Positions 59,932-64,000 of a stretch of DNA of 64,000 nt are shown here, in pieces; positions within the stretch are counted from its first letter, which is position 1; each line of letters opens with the position of its first letter. The notes beneath the pieces were generated by a model, which had not been told where the DNA came from, ran no database searches, and worked only from the letters and a program-made list of their open reading frames with translations. The stretch lies in IMG/VR virus record IMGVR_UViG_3300008952_001422, positions 63,032 through 127,031 of that record; one strand, given 5' to 3'. The position numbers and the translations under genes are program-made. Source of the DNA: a virus.

Positions 59932-60219
59932 TTACTCATTTTCGTCTCCTTTCTGTCTGTCTACTGGAATGTTTTGTTTCTCATCAATACCACTAAAGAT
60001 ACCAACCTTAGAGTTTCTTTCCCAACATTCAATAATATCATCACGAATATATTCCAATGGAGTACCATCTGGATATTCATATTTCCAATTATGAGCCATC
60101 TTCATAGCATTGTCACGTATAGTTTGAATCCTACGTTTCTCATAGTATTCTTTTCTTCTAAATTCTATTCGTTCCATAAACTTCTTCGAATAGCCTTGAT
60201 TAAATAACGCTTTAAGCAT
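59932..60219 (-). CDS. hypothetical protein
   Basis: 95 aa, packed in the operon. Confidence 0.55.
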   Translation of the reverse strand: MLKALFNQGYSKKFMERIEFRRKEYYEKRRIQTIRDNAMKMAHNWKYEYPDGTPLEYIRDDIIECWERNSKVGIFSGIDEKQNIPVDRQKGDENE

Positions 60220-60401
60220 TATAGTTTCTCCTTTTTTTTGGGTACTTTATTGTCTTTTAAGAATTCAGTTCTTTTATTTTCTGGTATTTTTTGATATCTT
60301 GCATACATATCTATAAAACCTACGTCAGTAAGTCTATGCCAACCTATGCACTTACCAGTCGGTGAACGTCCGCAAGGACATCCAAACTTTTTACTTGTCA
60401 T
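60219..60401 (-). CDS. CDGSH-like 2Fe-2S protein
   Basis: CPCGRSPTGKCIGWH resembles the CDGSH 3Cys-1His motif. Confidence 0.6.
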   Translation of the reverse strand: MTSKKFGCPCGRSPTGKCIGWHRLTDVGFIDMYARYQKIPENKRTEFLKDNKVPKKKEKL

Positions 60402-60536
60402 TGTTTACTGTTGCTCTTGATTGGGCTCTACTTCCTTCTTCGGTATGCTTATATCTTCCGTATGTATTCGCACCATACCACACACCTCCGCCGAATGTTA
60501 ATCCCAATACTCCAATAATCATTATTAAATCCATCA

Positions 60537-61073
60537 TTATAGTTCCTTAAGTACATTCTCTGGTGTTGTTTCGCCGTATGGGTCTAAATCTTCAGGTGTA
60601 CTATCGGGTTCAATAAACATTTTTGTAATTAAACCATCATCAACAATCATTGCGTAACGTTTACTACGCATATTAAAGCCTACAGCGGACATATCAGTTA
60701 ACATACCCATTTCTGTAGTAAATAAACCGTTACCATCTGGTAATACTTTAACATTCTTAAGATTATTAGCATCACGCCACGCATTCATAACAAATGAATC
60801 ATTTACCGAACAACAATAGATATCATCTACTCCCTTGTCATAAAACTTCTGTGCGTTTTCTTCAAATCCAGGTAGTTGATGCGTTGAACAGGTGGGCGTA
60901 AATGCTCCTGGTAAACTAAACACTACCACTTTTTTATTTGAGAAGATTTCATCAGTAGATATTTCTCCCCATATTGATGGGTTTATTTCACAAGCATTTG
61001 GTTGTCCCAAATCACTTTCAACCCTTACTTTAAATGCAACTGTTGGAATAACAGTCTTTTCTAACCATGTCAT
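60537..61073 (-). CDS. peroxiredoxin (Prx5-type)
   Basis: PGAFTPTCS, SVND.FVM.AW, DGNG, RS.RYAM. Confidence 0.95.
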   Translation of the reverse strand: MTWLEKTVIPTVAFKVRVESDLGQPNACEINPSIWGEISTDEIFSNKKVVVFSLPGAFTPTCSTHQLPGFEENAQKFYDKGVDDIYCCSVNDSFVMNAWRDANNLKNVKVLPDGNGLFTTEMGMLTDMSAVGFNMRSKRYAMIVDDGLITKMFIEPDSTPEDLDPYGETTPENVLKEL

Positions 61074-61076
61074 ATT

Positions 61077-61520
61077 TTATCCTCCAAAATCTGTTGAGTA
61101 TTTTCTCAACAATGCTTTATCTTCGCCAACTATATCCATCTTCTTTATTACATTAGGTTGGTTCATGGGTATAGCAAGTCTTTCACCGCCACCTTTTAAT
61201 TTAACTGTATTATATGTAAAGCCTTTCTTCACTTTCCATATTGCGGCTTCATTTAAATACTCACAAGGTGCTTGTACGATTACAAAGTAGTCAGCATTTA
61301 AACATTTATTTAATTGATTTCTTCTAATTGTAAATGATTTATCTAAACAATAGGGTACTTGAGTTTTTACTTCTAAGTTCTTTCCATTTACTATCATATC
61401 TTTTTCACTATCGAATGGGTCAGTGGACATTTCTACTGTTCGTCCAATCTTACTCATATAATTACTGACAATCTTCTCGCCGATATCACCAAGTACTTTT
61501 TGTTCAGTTATTTTAATCAC
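61077..61520 (-). CDS. PD-(D/E)xK nuclease-like protein
   Basis: G.IGE...D....N.EVKTQ. Confidence 0.5.
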   Translation of the reverse strand: MIKITEQKVLGDIGEKIVSNYMSKIGRTVEMSTDPFDSEKDMIVNGKNLEVKTQVPYCLDKSFTIRRNQLNKCLNADYFVIVQAPCEYLNEAAIWKVKKGFTYNTVKLKGGGERLAIPMNQPNVIKKMDIVGEDKALLRKYSTDFGG

Positions 61521-61687
61521 ACTTCCACCATCTCAAAATCTTCTTTACTAGCACCACAATCAGGACAAAACCAATCATCTGGTACATTTGCCCAAAGTGT
61601 TCCTGGTTCAAGACCAGAATCTGGGTCACCTACGGCTTCGTCATAAATCCAACCACACATCATACATTCTAATTTTTTATATTTCAT
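61517..61687 (-). CDS. rubredoxin
   Basis: Not in ORF track. Hand translation [56 protein letters not shown]. Confidence 0.95.
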   Translation of the reverse strand: MKYKKLECMMCGWIYDEAVGDPDSGLEPGTLWANVPDDWFCPDCGASKEDFEMVEV

Positions 61688-61968
61688 ACTATTTCTAATT
61701 TACCTTTATATAAACCTGAATTAGTGCAATTTAAATCATAAGCCTTTAAATCACCTGATTGTAATGACCTAATAACTAAACTCACATCATCAATTGAGAT
61801 TAATGGACCGATGTCGTAATCAAAATCTACATCGTTCATAGTTCCCACACGAATTATTTTACCAATATTGCCCTCAATATCAGCAGTCTTTCTTAATTTA
61901 ACATTATCTTCGACTAAAAAGGGTTCGCCTGTTTTAATTACTCCAGATAAGTACCAATCTTTTGTCAT
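61684..61968 (-). CDS. hypothetical protein
   Basis: 94 aa ORF, overlaps the rubredoxin start. Confidence 0.5.
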   Translation of the reverse strand: MTKDWYLSGVIKTGEPFLVEDNVKLRKTADIEGNIGKIIRVGTMNDVDFDYDIGPLISIDDVSLVIRSLQSGDLKAYDLNCTNSGLYKGKLEIV

Positions 61969-62370
61969 AGCATCACTCCTATTTGAATGCCGACATATAA
62001 AACGATTAATCCCATCATTATATGATAACTTCTTTGAATACTAACAAATGATTCACGAATACTTTTCATATTCTCCTCGTGTTTTTCTTCTATTTCCGCC
62101 CAATTATATTCCATATCAACTCCTGTCTGAATGATTTAAAACTCTGTCAACTTTATGTCTAATTAATCCTATTGGATTATCTTTATCTTGTACTTTGTGA
62201 TTAAATTCACTATCTAACGTTTGAATTATAAAAACTAGTAATTCTCGCATTTGTTCTTCTTTACTCATATCTGCTCCTTTTATTCGAGGGGAGATGGCTA
62301 CGGCTCATATAGAGAAACGTATAAACTCCTCTCCCCTCATTATCCAACCTATCATTCGGTTGAAATTCTT

Positions 62371-62952
62371 TTATATCCATGTTCCTAATGTCGATTTATT
62401 ATTATCCTGGGTCATAAGTAGTGTTTCTAAATGCTGAAAGAACATATTATTTAATTGAGTCATTGGAACAAATTCTGCTATTGACAAACTATCTAAATCA
62501 ATAAATTTAAGTTCTCTCGTATCATCATTCCATATTGCATTACCTAACCATGGGTCTCCATGATATAAAAATCCATTACCACGAAAAAGAGGATTATATC
62601 TGTTTTCCATCGATATATCATAGAACTCTTTCCAAATATAATCCATTGCTATCTTCATTTCTAGTATCATCTTCTGGCTTACTTTCATACCGCCATCAAC
62701 TTGTTCTTTTATCGTTTTACCTTCAACAAATTCATATCTATAACCTTTATCATTATATTCTACAATCTTAGGCAAGAAATCCAACTTATACTTCTCAATG
62801 AGAGGTAATAGTTTCAGCATAATAGAAATATCTTGTCTTCTGAACTTCTCATTTGCATTAAATTCTTTAAATACGGTACCATCACTATCAATGGGAACCT
62901 TTGTTCTAATTTGTATATATTGGTCTTTAGTCATAATATATTTGTCCATCAC
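62371..62952 (-). CDS. protein-kinase-like/phosphotransferase fold protein
   Basis: VFK, YEFVEG, HGD...N, FIDLD. Confidence 0.65.
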   Translation of the reverse strand: MMDKYIMTKDQYIQIRTKVPIDSDGTVFKEFNANEKFRRQDISIMLKLLPLIEKYKLDFLPKIVEYNDKGYRYEFVEGKTIKEQVDGGMKVSQKMILEMKIAMDYIWKEFYDISMENRYNPLFRGNGFLYHGDPWLGNAIWNDDTRELKFIDLDSLSIAEFVPMTQLNNMFFQHLETLLMTQDNNKSTLGTWI

Positions 62953-63178
62953 CTACCTTGCACGAGAAGGTTCTATACTTAGTTAATCCTTTAAATTGAC
63001 TAATGGGTTCTAAATCTGCTTGTATTACATTTAATACCTGACTATGATAATATGTTGTATCACTCAAGTATTTAATTTCACTATTTAATTTATATCCCAC
63101 AAAAAGCAACAGTAAAGTCCATACAACCAGCATAAAGGTCACTGACATTACTATCATTGTTTCCATTGCTCTAGTCAT
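62927..63178 (-). CDS. small membrane protein
   Basis: N-terminal TM segment. Confidence 0.5.
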   Translation of the reverse strand: MTRAMETMIVMSVTFMLVVWTLLLLFVGYKLNSEIKYLSDTTYYHSQVLNVIQADLEPISQFKGLTKYRTFSCKVGDGQIYYD

Positions 63179-63431
63179 ATTGAGGTCTTTTTATTGCGGT
63201 AACATCTTCTTTATCTAAGAATATACCACCATGATGACAGACAGCCTCATACTCTCTAAACAGCCGTTCAAACTTCCTCTGATACATATATTCCATGCCA
63301 ATTAATATATTAGACAACTCATCTTCAGACATAGGTGTCGGAGAATCTAAATATTCCTCATAGACAACTTTGATATCAGATGTAACCTGCCAACATTCCA
63401 TAATTAAGTCTTCTAAATTAAAACCTTTCAT
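63171..63431 (-). CDS. phage hypothetical protein
   Basis: LEDLIMECWQV..D...N.LIG....Y..KF..L. Confidence 0.6.
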   Translation of the reverse strand: MKGFNLEDLIMECWQVTSDIKVVYEEYLDSPTPMSEDELSNILIGMEYMYQRKFERLFREYEAVCHHGGIFLDKEDVTAIKRPQYD

Positions 63432-63589
63432 ACATTCTTTCCTCTTGGTATCTATTCCATTTGTATCTATATTATACAGTTTAATTTTTTAAGTCTTTTC
63501 CTTTCCGACGCCAAATTTTTGCAAGAACAACCACACTAGATTACCACCTAAAATACACCCACATATAATCAAAAACATTTCATATGAAA

Positions 63590-63784
63590 TCACTTCTTTC
63601 TCCTATTCTTAATACCAAAATCTCTGTCAAATCCGAAGTCAACTCCCTTGAAGTATCTAATCGCCATTCTTGTCAAGCCAATCAATAATATGATAAGCCA
63701 TCCCAATCCCACTAAGATATAAAACCCTATCAGAAACAAGAGTATAATGGGTATGAATAAAATTGCTAATATGTTTTCACGCAT
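63590..63784 (-). CDS. small membrane protein
   Basis: Long hydrophobic segment. Confidence 0.5.
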   Translation of the reverse strand: MRENILAILFIPIILLFLIGFYILVGLGWLIILLIGLTRMAIRYFKGVDFGFDRDFGIKNRRKK

Positions 63785-63815
63785 CGTTAAATCCTCTGAA
63801 TTTATCAGTACTGTT

Positions 63816-63844
63816 ATTATACACCCTTATCTATTAAAAGTCAA
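63816..63844 (-). promoter_or_regulatory. sigma70-type promoter
   Basis: TTGACT-17 nt-TATAAT on - strand upstream of 63784. Confidence 0.65.
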
Positions 63845-64000
63845 CCAAACAAACACCTGTCGCCAATTTTTTTTGACACGCATTATATACTATGTTTTAG
63901 GCATTGCTAGGCATAGCCATCTCATTGCCCTGGCATTGTAATCTCACACGATAAAGAACGGTTAAAACGGCACCACCTTACACTCCACTTTGTTATTCCT

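Noticed and set aside
1-64000. Cellular (bacterial) origin suggested by metK, iscU, fabF, rpmE, rpmG
   Set aside because: These genes are isolated from their normal operons and mixed with a T4-like PolB, RNase H-like nuclease, late-promoter motifs and many small phage-type ORFs.
63870-64000. Possible tRNA or ncRNA at the window end
   Set aside because: No cloverleaf or T-loop consensus recognised, and the region is truncated by the window edge.
1-64000. Stop-codon reassignment
   Set aside because: Long ORFs tile the window under the standard code, and TAA, TAG and TGA all end recognisable full-length genes.

Overview
AT-rich, densely coded, standard-code fragment of a large tailed dsDNA phage (T4-like/jumbo myovirus; host probably a proteobacterium, by inference from the L31/L33/IscU/rubredoxin genes). 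Genes run on + from 1 to ~26,670 and almost all on - afterwards. Left arm: a large internal-head/core-like protein, PolB, an N6-adenine MTase, a probable sliding clamp, APRT, MetK, a 5'-3' exonuclease, a MoxR/VWA pair, HNH and DHFR, with sigma70-type and T4-late-like (T/G)ATAAATA promoters. A four-gene biosynthetic-looking operon (acyl-adenylating enzyme, flavin halogenase-like, GNAT-like, FabF) lies between the MoxR and VWA genes. Right arm: a ~22 kb modification island (10 radical-SAM genes, 2 QueC-like PP-loop enzymes, 2 methyltransferase-like proteins, a 7-repeat glycosyltransferase-like protein, carbamoyltransferase, SGNH protein), followed by IscA, IscU, APS kinase/sulfotransferase, peroxiredoxin, a CDGSH-like protein and rubredoxin. 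Two ribosomal protein genes are present (bL31, and bL33 which the ORF track missed). Other notable points: the MTase shares PolB's C-terminal FDNLFDL, DHFR ends in an SSB-like DDDIPF, and two nuclease-like proteins share an MRAYEFLxE leader. No tRNA, rRNA or CRISPR array was recognised. All calls come from reading motifs by eye; no database search was run.
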